From: a phage | Assembly: GCA_014435945.1 (NCBI GenBank) | Contig: GCA_014435945.1_4088.1 | Reading direction: 5' to 3' (one strand) | DNA length: 64,000 nt | Part shown: positions 1-7,207 of the stretch, piece after piece | How the letters are laid out: each line of letters begins with the position of its first letter | Position numbering within the stretch: the first letter of the stretch is position 1 | Made by a program: the position numbers and the translations under genes | The notes under the pieces: model-generated | What the model was told of the DNA's origin: nothing | What the model saw: only the letters and a program-made list of their open reading frames with translations | The model's database searches: none

Positions 1-207
1 GAAGCAGATATCCAGGCGGTTCAACGGCTTAACGATGAGTTAACGCCGGATGACTTAAGCAAGATTGTAGATCCTCAATTCTACGAAGATATCCACGACA
101 CCGCGTTAAGCGTCGAGGATGTACTAGATAAGCACTTTATTGATACTGATTTGCAGGTTTACGGTCGTAAAAACTTTATCACTATTCACGACATTTACAA
201 TAATTAA
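1..207 (+). CDS. hypothetical protein, 5'-truncated at window edge
   Basis: Frame-1 open from nt 1 to TAA 205-207; no start in window; early promoter follows. Confidence 0.5.
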   Translation, partial: EADIQAVQRLNDELTPDDLSKIVDPQFYEDIHDTALSVEDVLDKHFIDTDLQVYGRKNFITIHDIYNN

Positions 208-210
208 GTA

Positions 211-272
211 TTGACAAAGTATCTTAGTACTGTATAATAGTTTACATCGAGTGAGGGGAAACGGTTCCCCTC
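211..272 (+). promoter_or_regulatory. sigma70-like early promoter (class A) plus 5' leader stem-loop
   Basis: TTGACA 211-216, 16-nt spacer, TGtATAAT with hexamer 233-238; leader hairpin GAGGGGAA-ACGG-TTCCCCTC 253-272. Confidence 0.75.
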
Positions 273-295
273 CTAACAAAGAGAGAGAAATAAAA

Positions 296-478
296 ATGGC
301 TAAATGCACTATCTGTAATAAAGAAATAGTATTAGTTCCAAGTGCCCGTGAACGTGCCGCTCGGTTCGGTGGCAAAGCGTCAGACTATACAAAAATGTTT
401 ACTGCCCATGCAGCTTGCCAGGTAGCAAAACGTTCACAAGAAAGCGTAGAATTAATGCGTAAACTTTCCAAAAAATAA
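296..478 (+). CDS. small hypothetical protein (60 aa), Cys/His-containing
   Basis: ATG 296 after A-rich leader; track ORF 251-478 begins at GTG inside the leader hairpin, so internal ATG preferred. Confidence 0.6.
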   Translation: MAKCTICNKEIVLVPSARERAARFGGKASDYTKMFTAHAACQVAKRSQESVELMRKLSKK

Positions 479-481
479 GTA

Positions 482-542
482 TTGACAAAGTATCTTAGTA
501 CTGTATAATAGTTTACATCAAGTGAGGGGAATGGTTCCCCTC
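482..542 (+). promoter_or_regulatory. sigma70-like early promoter (class A) plus 5' leader stem-loop
   Basis: TTGACA 482-487, TATAAT 504-509 with TG upstream; near-identical copy of 211-238; hairpin 524-542. Confidence 0.75.
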
Positions 543-565
543 CTAACTAAAAGAGAGAAATAAAA

Positions 566-889
566 ATGGCTATGATCCTTGCCCAGAAAGTGGAACTGAA
601 AATTGTAACCTCCTTTGACATTAATGTTAATCGGTGGACTGATTCACACGGCAATACTTACCACTCTTGCTACGTGTCTGCGTTAATTGGCGACCGCTGG
701 GAAGACCTGGGACATGAAACCTTTACATACGGTTACGGTACACAAGGCGAATACACGGGCTTGGAGATCATTAAAGAAACCGTTATAGGTTTCAACCCGA
801 AAGAAAAAGTTATTCACCGCATCGAGGAAGAGATCAACAAAGAAATAACAGTTCGCTACCACGATGTAAAACGTAAGAAAGACATGTAA
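566..889 (+). CDS. hypothetical protein (107 aa)
   Basis: ORF directly downstream of promoter and leader; ATG 566. Confidence 0.7.
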   Translation: MAMILAQKVELKIVTSFDINVNRWTDSHGNTYHSCYVSALIGDRWEDLGHETFTYGYGTQGEYTGLEIIKETVIGFNPKEKVIHRIEEEINKEITVRYHDVKRKKDM

Positions 890-911
890 TAGAATCCATT
901 TAAAGTACTAT

Positions 912-940
912 TTGACATTGCCCAGATAGTACTTTATAAT
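912..940 (+). promoter_or_regulatory. sigma70-like promoter
   Basis: TTGACA 912-917, 17-nt spacer, TATAAT 935-940. Confidence 0.65.
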
Positions 941-984
941 AGACTCTAACTTGTAGTACTAACTTAACTAATAGGATGTATACC

Positions 985-1380
985 ATGATTACTAAATTCT
1001 ACGCTACCCGTGAAGCTGCCCGTATTGTTGCACGCGAGGAAGGAGCAGCATTTAAAGACATGGGCAAAGATGCACCGAAAGGTCAACGCTGGGCCGTACA
1101 GTTCAAAGAAATCTCTGATATTGTGAATTCACCTGAGCCAGTACTAACAGCAGCAGAACTAAAACGAGCGGATATGCTGGCGGCAATACTTGACGCACAA
1201 GATGAATTTATCGCTGATTCTGATATCAAAGTACAGGTAAACCATACCGCTTGGACTCACGCGGATCACCTGGCAAACCTTAAGCGTCCAAGTGAACTGA
1301 TTCGCAACCAGAAAGAGATCCGACATGATCGTAAGGGTAATCGTGTAACAGTATACAGTAAACGCCGCCAGGTTATCTAA
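985..1380 (+). CDS. hypothetical protein (131 aa)
   Basis: ATG 985 with AGGA 973-976 eight nt upstream; track ORF starts at 976 where RBS spacing is poor. Confidence 0.6.
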   Translation: MITKFYATREAARIVAREEGAAFKDMGKDAPKGQRWAVQFKEISDIVNSPEPVLTAAELKRADMLAAILDAQDEFIADSDIKVQVNHTAWTHADHLANLKRPSELIRNQKEIRHDRKGNRVTVYSKRRQVI

Positions 1381-1402
1381 TAACTTGCAGTACTAACAAC
1401 AC

Positions 1403-1428
1403 GGCGGGATCAGTTCCCGCCTTTTTTA
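1403..1428 (+). terminator. rho-independent terminator
   Basis: GGCGGGA-tcagt-TCCCGCC stem-loop followed by TTTTTT. Confidence 0.7.
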
Positions 1429-1441
1429 TAGGACAAACAAA

Positions 1442-1696
1442 ATGATTAAGGTTCAACTATATAAAGATAACATCTTACGGGTACACTATAAAGCACCGAA
1501 GAGAATCATCACAAAGGCCGTACAGCTTGCTAATGAGTTTATTAATGGTAACCTATTACCTAGGAAGTTAAGCAACGGGAAACTGCGTGTAATCGACGTG
1601 GACACTAACAACAGGATAGTAATCGAGAACACAGGAAAGATAAACCTTTATGAGCATCAACAATACAATAAGAAAATAAAACTAATATCACGTTGA
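1442..1696 (+). CDS. hypothetical protein (84 aa)
   Basis: ATG 1442 with AGGA 7 nt upstream. Confidence 0.6.
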   Translation: MIKVQLYKDNILRVHYKAPKRIITKAVQLANEFINGNLLPRKLSNGKLRVIDVDTNNRIVIENTGKINLYEHQQYNKKIKLISR

Positions 1697-1721
1697 CAGT
1701 ACTCAATTGTTTTAGTACTAT
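1693..1721 (+). promoter_or_regulatory. sigma70-like promoter (class C)
   Basis: TTGACA 1693-1698, 17-nt spacer, TACTAT 1716-1721; same module repeated at 1969 and 13931. Confidence 0.6.
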
Positions 1722-1749
1722 GTACACATACCAACACGGGAGAAACAAA

Positions 1750-1968
1750 ATGAAATTATCTAAAATCGAAAAGAAAACTATTGATGAAGCAGTTAAGCAC
1801 GGTTATACCTTTCGTAATGATTCACATTTTACCAATTTTCAACAAGGGTATCGTACTATTAAAAAACTAATTGACAAAGGTTTATTAGTTGAAGTCAATA
1901 ACGGTAACGGTATCGAGTATCAACCAACACAGGACGCATTTTATTTTAAGAAATATAATATTATCTAA
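1750..1968 (+). CDS. small hypothetical protein (72 aa)
   Basis: ATG 1750 (codon 20 of track ORF 1693-1968) after GGGAG; upstream part of track ORF is promoter sequence. Confidence 0.6.
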   Translation: MKLSKIEKKTIDEAVKHGYTFRNDSHFTNFQQGYRTIKKLIDKGLLVEVNNGNGIEYQPTQDAFYFKKYNII

Positions 1969-1997
1969 TTGACAGTACTCAAATGTTTTAGTACTAT
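1969..1997 (+). promoter_or_regulatory. sigma70-like promoter (class C)
   Basis: TTGACA 1969-1974, 17-nt spacer, TACTAT 1992-1997; duplicate of 1693-1721. Confidence 0.6.
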
Positions 1998-2025
1998 ATG
2001 TACATACCAACACGGGGAAAACAAA

Positions 2026-2268
2026 ATGATTACTTTAGAAAAACGTATCAAAGAAACTACATCGCTGGTGGAACTGTTAACAGTACTGAAATGTAAAACA
2101 ACACCATTCAGCACGCCGGACTTTATTAATATGGTTGATGTTAATGGTCGCTATCGCATCACGGTCGAACAAGGAGCGGCGAAAGTATTCAGTACTAAAA
2201 ACACGAAGGAAGTGATCCACGCCGTTAATGTTAAAAAAGTAGTTGCCATTGATAGTAAAGTACTGTAA
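2026..2268 (+). CDS. small hypothetical protein (80 aa)
   Basis: ATG 2026 (codon 20 of track ORF 1969-2268) after GGGGAAAACAAA leader. Confidence 0.6.
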   Translation: MITLEKRIKETTSLVELLTVLKCKTTPFSTPDFINMVDVNGRYRITVEQGAAKVFSTKNTKEVIHAVNVKKVVAIDSKVL

Positions 2269-2271
2269 TAT
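2243..2271 (+). promoter_or_regulatory. candidate sigma70-like promoter
   Basis: TTGCCA 2243-2248, 17-nt spacer, TGTAATAT at 2264-2271. Confidence 0.4.
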
Positions 2272-2299
2272 AGTTTCATTAACTCAAGGAGAACATGCA

Positions 2300-2884
2300 A
2301 TGCGTAATTATACTAAATTCATCCGTACACTGTCAGAAATGGAAACCAACAAAGAGATCCTTTCAGCTTGTCGGTTAGCTGACCTGGAGATCATCGGTGC
2401 TGGTTCTTCCCGTATAGTTTTCGCTTTAAATGATCGGTTAGTGATTAAGGTCGCGAATTGTGATGCGGGTGTAGAACAAAATGAAACTGAATGTATAGTA
2501 TGGAATTTTTTAGACTATGACCGCCCTCAGTTGAAACAGTACTTTGCAAAGGTGCATATGCATTTATGCGATCCTGATAATATGTTTATCGTTATGGATC
2601 GGTTGAGTACTGCAAGCAAAGGCAGTGTGAAGCACGTAAACGCGTGCAATGAATTAAAGTACAATATTAAACGTAATGCAATCGAACGCCAGCACCGCTT
2701 TGCTGATGCACTACAACACGTTGATGATACATTATCAACACTAACGATAAGAGATATCAGAAAACAGAATATCGGCCAGGATCGTAATGGACTTATTAAA
2801 GTACTTGATTACGGTTTAACCAGCAATATCTGGAATCAGTACTATAAAAAGCGTGATGTGGCAGCAAGTAAGGTAACACGATAA
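2300..2884 (+). CDS. minimal Ser/Thr protein kinase-like protein (194 aa)
   Basis: Gly-rich loop IIGAGSSRIVF, Lys in LVIKVA, catalytic-loop-like RDIRKQN, DYG (DFG-like) 19 residues later; AAGGAG 8 nt before ATG 2300. Confidence 0.55.
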   Translation: MRNYTKFIRTLSEMETNKEILSACRLADLEIIGAGSSRIVFALNDRLVIKVANCDAGVEQNETECIVWNFLDYDRPQLKQYFAKVHMHLCDPDNMFIVMDRLSTASKGSVKHVNACNELKYNIKRNAIERQHRFADALQHVDDTLSTLTIRDIRKQNIGQDRNGLIKVLDYGLTSNIWNQYYKKRDVAASKVTR

Positions 2885-2895
2885 AAAAGATTAAA

Positions 2896-2929
2896 AAAGG
2901 GATTGACTCCGGTCAGTCCCTTTGCTATT
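2896..2929 (+). terminator. hairpin terminator, part of a duplicated intergenic module
   Basis: 12-bp stem AAAGGGATTGAC / GTCAGTCCCTTT with 4-nt loop, A-run before and T-rich tail after; conserved box follows at 2958-2980. Confidence 0.6.
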
Positions 2930-3025
2930 ATATATCCATTGAGAGATAACTCACTGACCCATAGGGTGCGGAAGTGTATCTATTATATAAGTATTCAGTA
3001 CTGAAAACTATTTGATAAAAAGTAC

Positions 3026-3086
3026 TTGCAAACTATCTCAATGAGCGTATAATGTTTTATATCGAGAGGGGGAAATGGTTCTCCCT
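3026..3086 (+). promoter_or_regulatory. sigma70-like early promoter (class B) plus leader stem-loop
   Basis: TTGCAA 3026-3031, 16-nt spacer, TATAAT 3048-3053; G-rich leader hairpin 3067-3086. Confidence 0.7.
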
Positions 3087-3108
3087 GGTACTAAAAGGAA
3101 TCAAGACG

Positions 3109-3330
3109 ATGACTACTATGACCTGCGTTCACGCTTCAAATCTTCTGAATGATGCAGCATTTAAAGCAGGTGAAGAATATCAATGCTATCGGGATGAAAA
3201 TAAAAAAGTTTTCGTCGTTGATGCTAACGGTTTCCATATTGAATTACAATCCGGCTTCACTGGTGTTGATGGTAAATCAGTATGGGGCGTTAATGATGAT
3301 AATGGTCTTTATCACTTTATCCGTAATTAA
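3109..3330 (+). CDS. small hypothetical protein (73 aa)
   Basis: ATG 3109 after AAAAGGAA; the MFYIERGKWF extension in the track ORF is translated promoter/leader. Confidence 0.65.
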   Translation: MTTMTCVHASNLLNDAAFKAGEEYQCYRDENKKVFVVDANGFHIELQSGFTGVDGKSVWGVNDDNGLYHFIRN

Positions 3331-3333
3331 GTA

Positions 3334-3392
3334 TTGACAAAGTATCTCAGTACTGTATAATAGTTTACATCAAGGGGAGAATAGTTCTCCCC
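3334..3392 (+). promoter_or_regulatory. sigma70-like early promoter (class A) plus leader stem-loop
   Basis: TTGACA 3334-3339, TGtATAAT with hexamer 3356-3361; hairpin GGGGAGAA-tag-TTCTCCCC 3374-3392. Confidence 0.75.
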
Positions 3393-3413
3393 AATACTAA
3401 AAGGAATAAAATC

Positions 3414-3821
3414 ATGACTACTACTAATCAAGCTCGGTCCATCGCCAACGATAAAAATCATGCTGCAATGGTCGCTGGTTACATTGAAGCTATGCAATTC
3501 AGTACTGTACACAATGAGAACGGCGATTACCTGGAAGATTATGAATTATCAGAGCAAGCCCATCAAGCGGCAGTGATTGCATGTTCACGTTTCCTTGCTG
3601 TACATGGTGAAGATATGGAAACAGTACAAAAACACCATAATCCTGATTATACTTATAGTCATGCAGGTCATGATCTCTTTCTTACTCGCGAAGGTCACGG
3701 CACTGGTTTTTGGGATCGTGATATCGGTCACTATGATGATATATTCACTAAGTACTGCGAAGAAATCAACGTTTGCGATCCCTATGTAGGCGATGATAAT
3801 CTAATCTATATGGGCGAATAA
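3414..3821 (+). CDS. hypothetical protein (135 aa)
   Basis: ATG 3414 after AAAAGGAA RBS. Confidence 0.7.
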   Translation: MTTTNQARSIANDKNHAAMVAGYIEAMQFSTVHNENGDYLEDYELSEQAHQAAVIACSRFLAVHGEDMETVQKHHNPDYTYSHAGHDLFLTREGHGTGFWDRDIGHYDDIFTKYCEEINVCDPYVGDDNLIYMGE

Positions 3822-3827
3822 AAGTAT

Positions 3828-3886
3828 TTGACAAAGTATATTAGTACTGTATAATAGTTTACATCAAGGGGAGAATAGTTCTCCCC
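3828..3886 (+). promoter_or_regulatory. sigma70-like early promoter (class A) plus leader stem-loop
   Basis: TTGACA 3828-3833, TATAAT 3850-3855; hairpin 3868-3886. Confidence 0.75.
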
Positions 3887-3910
3887 ACACCAATAAAAGG
3901 AAACAAAATT

Positions 3911-4183
3911 ATGTCCAGCTACTCCGCTACTATGATCATTAAAGATATGAACGGTAATCCTACTTCTGCTGGTGGATCATTTGGAAACATTAATTTAGAT
4001 GGTCGGTTATCCATGCAATCAGCCATCGATGCAGCGAAAGAAGTTTTTAAGAATGAATGTACTGTTAGTAAGCTGGATTATATGGGATTCGCTATCGAGA
4101 AAACTAATCGTTTTGTGAACTACAAAAATCCACTGATGATTGATACTAACCTGAAAGCTAACGAAGTGGAATACTTATTATGA
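3911..4183 (+). CDS. hypothetical protein (90 aa)
   Basis: ATG 3911 after AAAAGGAA RBS. Confidence 0.7.
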   Translation: MSSYSATMIIKDMNGNPTSAGGSFGNINLDGRLSMQSAIDAAKEVFKNECTVSKLDYMGFAIEKTNRFVNYKNPLMIDTNLKANEVEYLL

Positions 4184-4371
4184 CAGTTGAAGAAGTTAAA
4201 AAAGTACTGGCAGTACTACGCTATCATAATCATTGCAAGGTGAAGAATGATCCTGATTATCTCGATTCATCCCTGGAAGAGGATACACTACAAGCAATAA
4301 GCCATATGCAAAAAATGCTTAAGCGTATGACCGAAAAGAATAGGCCGGACTATATCGGAAATAAAATTTAA
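4180..4371 (+). CDS. small hypothetical protein (63 aa)
   Basis: ATGA start/stop overlap with upstream gene. Confidence 0.55.
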   Translation: MTVEEVKKVLAVLRYHNHCKVKNDPDYLDSSLEEDTLQAISHMQKMLKRMTEKNRPDYIGNKI

Positions 4372-4378
4372 AAAGTAC

Positions 4379-4440
4379 TTGCATTGTAGTTAGATTAACG
4401 TATAATGTTTTATATCGAGAGGGGGAAATGGTTTCCCCTC
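4379..4440 (+). promoter_or_regulatory. sigma70-like early promoter (class B) plus leader stem-loop
   Basis: TTGCAT 4379-4384, 16-nt spacer, TATAAT 4401-4406; bulged G-rich hairpin 4419-4440. Confidence 0.7.
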
Positions 4441-4458
4441 AAGTCCAGGAGATACACA

Positions 4459-4722
4459 ATGAACACTATCGAAATCACTATCAATGCACACGTATACGAC
4501 AACGTAGTACTGCAAACTACTATGACCGCCAATGATACCAGTACTTTGCGGAATACTGTTATTAGTGCTGTATGTGCCGCTATCGGTGATGTCGCCCTGG
4601 AAAATGCAAAACACGTAAACGATGGTTTCACTATGTGCAAACGTGATAACGCAAAACATATCATCGTGGAAGGTTACGGCGGTGTAGAATTTAATGTTTA
4701 TATGAAAAAAGTACTTGCATAA
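4459..4722 (+). CDS. hypothetical protein (87 aa)
   Basis: ATG 4459 after CAGGAG; track ORF 4405 begins inside the leader. Confidence 0.65.
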   Translation: MNTIEITINAHVYDNVVLQTTMTANDTSTLRNTVISAVCAAIGDVALENAKHVNDGFTMCKRDNAKHIIVEGYGGVEFNVYMKKVLA

Positions 4723-4771
4723 TAACTAAAACAAAGTATAATGTTTTGCATAGGGGGAGATATCCTCCCCC
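4715..4771 (+). promoter_or_regulatory. sigma70-like early promoter (class B) plus leader stem-loop
   Basis: TTGCAT 4715-4720, TATAAT 4737-4742; hairpin GGGGGAG-atatc-CTCCCCC 4753-4771. Confidence 0.7.
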
Positions 4772-4789
4772 ACTAAAAGGAGTAATAAA

Positions 4790-5014
4790 ATGGCTAACTT
4801 TGATGAACTGATGCGGGAAGTAGCTAACCTGGCAGAAGAGAAGAAATCATTCGATTCTATCTATAACACCGCTCACCGTGATTCAGTACTGGCATGTAAC
4901 CAGGATCAAAAAGATGAACTAATCGCCACCTATCATGAAGCATGGAAGTACTACCGACAATGGGAGAAAGAAGAAAGTGAGTCTACCATTGACGGCCTCA
5001 ATAATCTAATCTAA
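4790..5014 (+). CDS. small hypothetical protein (74 aa)
   Basis: ATG 4790 after AAAAGGAG RBS. Confidence 0.7.
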   Translation: MANFDELMREVANLAEEKKSFDSIYNTAHRDSVLACNQDQKDELIATYHEAWKYYRQWEKEESESTIDGLNNLI

Positions 5015-5033
5015 AAGTTTTATTTCAGTACTA

Positions 5034-5063
5034 TTGACATAGCTTGATAGTACTGATGTAATA
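5034..5063 (+). promoter_or_regulatory. candidate sigma70-like promoter
   Basis: TTGACA 5034-5039 with imperfect -10 (TGTAAT/TAATAA) 17-19 nt downstream. Confidence 0.4.
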
Positions 5064-5090
5064 ACTTTACTAACTACAAGGGGAAACATA

Positions 5091-5348
5091 ATGGATCAAT
5101 TCACACAATATCGGGTAAATCCTCAAGCTATGGCCTACGTAGAAGACCATAAAACGTTACCAGTACTGCAACCAGTTAAAGGCCATATCTATCGTGCAAT
5201 GTCGTGGTGTACGGCCCAGGATGGCTATAAAACCGTAGCCGTGGGTATGTATTGCGGTAATGGTGAATGGTTTGATCCAAATAATCCGGTAGCCATTGAC
5301 AGTACTGAAAAAATGAAATGGGCCGACTACATCGAAGATATTTCATAA
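5091..5348 (+). CDS. hypothetical protein (85 aa)
   Basis: ATG 5091 after AAGGGGAAA. Confidence 0.65.
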   Translation: MDQFTQYRVNPQAMAYVEDHKTLPVLQPVKGHIYRAMSWCTAQDGYKTVAVGMYCGNGEWFDPNNPVAIDSTEKMKWADYIEDIS

Positions 5349-5355
5349 AAACTAT

Positions 5356-5416
5356 TTGACAGTACTAACCAGTAATGTATAATGTTTTACATAGAGCGGG
5401 GGAATAGTTCTCCCGC
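5356..5416 (+). promoter_or_regulatory. sigma70-like early promoter plus leader stem-loop
   Basis: TTGACA 5356-5361, 16-nt spacer, TATAAT 5378-5383; hairpin GCGGGGGAA-tag-TTCTCCCGC 5396-5416. Confidence 0.7.
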
Positions 5417-5438
5417 CAATAGTTTGGAGTAAAACATT

Positions 5439-5639
5439 ATGTCTATCGCTATCGCCCTGGTTGAAGTACTGAAAGAAGCTAAAGCCAACCTTATCGATGT
5501 ACAGATTAAGGAATTGCAAAACGGCTTAATCGGCTGTACTTGTACCGCTGGTGGAGCGGCAGACTATCGAGAACACGAATCACTCGAATCACTGGTTCGG
5601 TATCTTACCATGATCGTTGATGATTGGAGAATCATCTAA
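5439..5639 (+). CDS. small hypothetical protein (66 aa)
   Basis: ATG 5439 after TGGAG. Confidence 0.65.
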   Translation: MSIAIALVEVLKEAKANLIDVQIKELQNGLIGCTCTAGGAADYREHESLESLVRYLTMIVDDWRII

Positions 5640-5654
5640 CAAAAAAGAATAAAA

Positions 5655-5688
5655 AAAGGGATTGACTCAGGTCAGTCCCTTTGCTATT
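5655..5688 (+). terminator. hairpin terminator, second copy of the duplicated intergenic module
   Basis: Same 12-bp stem as 2896-2923 with loop tcag; conserved box at 5712-5735. Confidence 0.6.
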
Positions 5689-5804
5689 ATATACGCATAG
5701 ACAAAAACTAGCCCACAGGGTGCATAAGTGTATCCAAAATATATAGTTAATAACGGTGAGTAACTATCTGCTGGTGGAGTGAAAACTATTAATAAAAAAA
5801 AGTA

Positions 5805-5833
5805 TTGACAAAGTATATCAGTACTGCAATAAT
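5805..5833 (+). promoter_or_regulatory. sigma70-like early promoter (class A variant)
   Basis: TTGACA 5805-5810, 17-nt spacer, TGcAATAAT at 5825-5833. Confidence 0.6.
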
Positions 5834-5886
5834 GTATCTCGTAGGGCGGCAATGGTGCGACGGCCCACAAAGTTAGGAGATTCAAA

Positions 5887-6219
5887 ATGACTACTTCAAT
5901 CGCTATCGTTAAAGCTTTCATCCGTACTAATGTTTCCTCTGTATTCATCGACGGCCTCGACCGTAACGTAGAATACTCAATCATTATCGCACAAACGGCA
6001 AACGGTTCTCGGTACATCCTGAATGATAGTGAAGCAAATCACTACTACTTCACTAAAGCCACTGGCTTTAAACGCATCGATGCTGATGTAGTATACGCTA
6101 AGATGAATAAGCTGGTAGACAAGATTAACGCGAAAGGTACTATCGATTTACAGTACTGGACCGAAACCGATCCAGAATATGGATCTCACCGCTACCTGAA
6201 TCCAGGTATTAAAATGTAA
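5887..6219 (+). CDS. hypothetical protein (110 aa)
   Basis: ATG 5887 after AGGAG. Confidence 0.7.
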   Translation: MTTSIAIVKAFIRTNVSSVFIDGLDRNVEYSIIIAQTANGSRYILNDSEANHYYFTKATGFKRIDADVVYAKMNKLVDKINAKGTIDLQYWTETDPEYGSHRYLNPGIKM

Positions 6220-6226
6220 AAAGTAC

Positions 6227-6289
6227 TTGCATAGTACTTAGATTCATGTATAATGTTTTACATAGAGAGGGGGAAATGGTTCTCCCTCC
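6227..6289 (+). promoter_or_regulatory. sigma70-like early promoter (class B) plus leader stem-loop
   Basis: TTGCAT 6227-6232, 16-nt spacer, TATAAT 6249-6254; G-rich hairpin about 6267-6289. Confidence 0.7.
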
Positions 6290-6308
6290 TAAATTAAGGA
6301 GTTTTATC

Positions 6309-6710
6309 ATGACCTTCTCAATCACTTCCTTCGCTGACGTTTTAGTACTGGCTCGGACTTTTGGTAAAGATGCACTGGAGTACGCTGTAAGTAATGGCAC
6401 TATCCAACCGGAACAGTGCCGCATCATTGGAAACTGCAAACGTTGGGCGGTATCCAATACTATTGCACTGGAAAACTTCAACGATGGCAACAATGAATAT
6501 TCTGTTGATGTAGTATTCGAAGCCGTAGACCTGGGCGGTATCTATAACACTAACCTGAATGATGTGCGTATCGTTCGCACTGGCTTCGGTGCTTATGATG
6601 TATCTATCCGTGAAGCTATGGACAAGGGATACATTAGCAAGGACTTACTTGCTCACATCATGCAGCTATGGACGGAACGTAACGAAGCACGTACTATCTT
6701 AGGGCTGTAA
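6309..6710 (+). CDS. hypothetical protein (133 aa)
   Basis: ATG 6309 after AAGGAG; track ORF 6246 begins inside promoter/leader. Confidence 0.65.
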   Translation: MTFSITSFADVLVLARTFGKDALEYAVSNGTIQPEQCRIIGNCKRWAVSNTIALENFNDGNNEYSVDVVFEAVDLGGIYNTNLNDVRIVRTGFGAYDVSIREAMDKGYISKDLLAHIMQLWTERNEARTILGL

Positions 6711-6734
6711 GCAATACACATCACCAAACATCAT

Positions 6735-6754
6735 AGGCCGCTCTCTAGCGGCCT
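6735..6754 (+). other. stem-loop without U-tract
   Basis: GGCCGC-tctcta-GCGGCC palindrome after stop of 6309-6710. Confidence 0.35.
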
Positions 6755-6778
6755 TAACTATATCAGGAGTACATACAC

Positions 6779-6988
6779 ATGATCTATACAGTATACAACG
6801 TTCTAGGCACTATTGCAGGCGTACATGATAACGTCGATAGTGCTATGCGTACAGTACTGCAACAGGTTCCACTAAAGCCTAAGACCATTAAGCAGATGAC
6901 AGCACGACTAACCAGGGCGACGGCTGGCGTGGAAGTATGGCAGGACTATGGGGATACACAGATAATCGTAAGCGTAACGAAGGATTAA
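6779..6988 (+). CDS. small hypothetical protein (69 aa)
   Basis: ATG 6779 after CAGGAG. Confidence 0.65.
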   Translation: MIYTVYNVLGTIAGVHDNVDSAMRTVLQQVPLKPKTIKQMTARLTRATAGVEVWQDYGDTQIIVSVTKD

Positions 6989-7134
6989 TGCGTAAAGGGA
7001 TCTAGTACTGATTCAGAAAAAAGTCAAGGCGTTTTTAAAATTATGCGTTAAAAAAATGCATAGGTAATCCCTTGACTTTTTTGAAATAAAAGGGATTGGA
7101 CTATGGCAAAATGCGTAGGGGGCTAAAGGGCGGG
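6987..7134 (+). repeat. iteron-like direct repeats in a 250-bp intergenic region
   Basis: ATGCGTA(A/G)(A/G)GGG at about 6988 and 7109 with a variant near 7044; TAAAGGG core recurs near 6994, 7088, 7124, 7153. Confidence 0.4.
7017..7082 (+). other. 13-bp perfect inverted repeat (long hairpin, terminator-like)
   Basis: AAAAAAGTCAAGG 7017-7029 pairs with CCTTGACTTTTTT 7070-7082 across a 40-nt loop. Confidence 0.45.
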
Positions 7135-7179
7135 TAACCTTAGCGACTTCGATAAAGGGGTATTACTTATAAAATGTTA

Positions 7180-7207
7180 TTGACTTTTTATATGAATCGT
7201 ATATTAT
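7180..7207 (+). promoter_or_regulatory. candidate sigma70-like promoter for the F1 array
   Basis: TTGACT 7180-7185, 16-nt spacer, TATTAT 7202-7207. Confidence 0.45.

Noticed and set aside
124-375. Minus-strand ORF of 83 aa
   Set aside because: It lies antisense to the end of a plus-strand gene, an early promoter and the start of the next gene, with no RBS. All other minus-strand ORFs in the track (for example 5667-6017, 51015-51410, 56739-57092, 58573-58914, 59295-59624) are likewise embedded in stronger plus-strand genes.
3052-3108. N-terminal extension MFYIERGKWF of the track ORFs at 3052 and 4405
   Set aside because: The extension is translation of the duplicated promoter -10 and leader hairpin sequence; the real starts are the internal ATGs at 3109 and 4459 with proper RBS.
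3149-3337. Alternative-frame plus-strand ORFs (3149-3337, 3577-3789, 48197-48406, 56419-56904 and similar)
   Set aside because: They are fully nested in other frames of longer genes that have motif or RBS support; no independent evidence.
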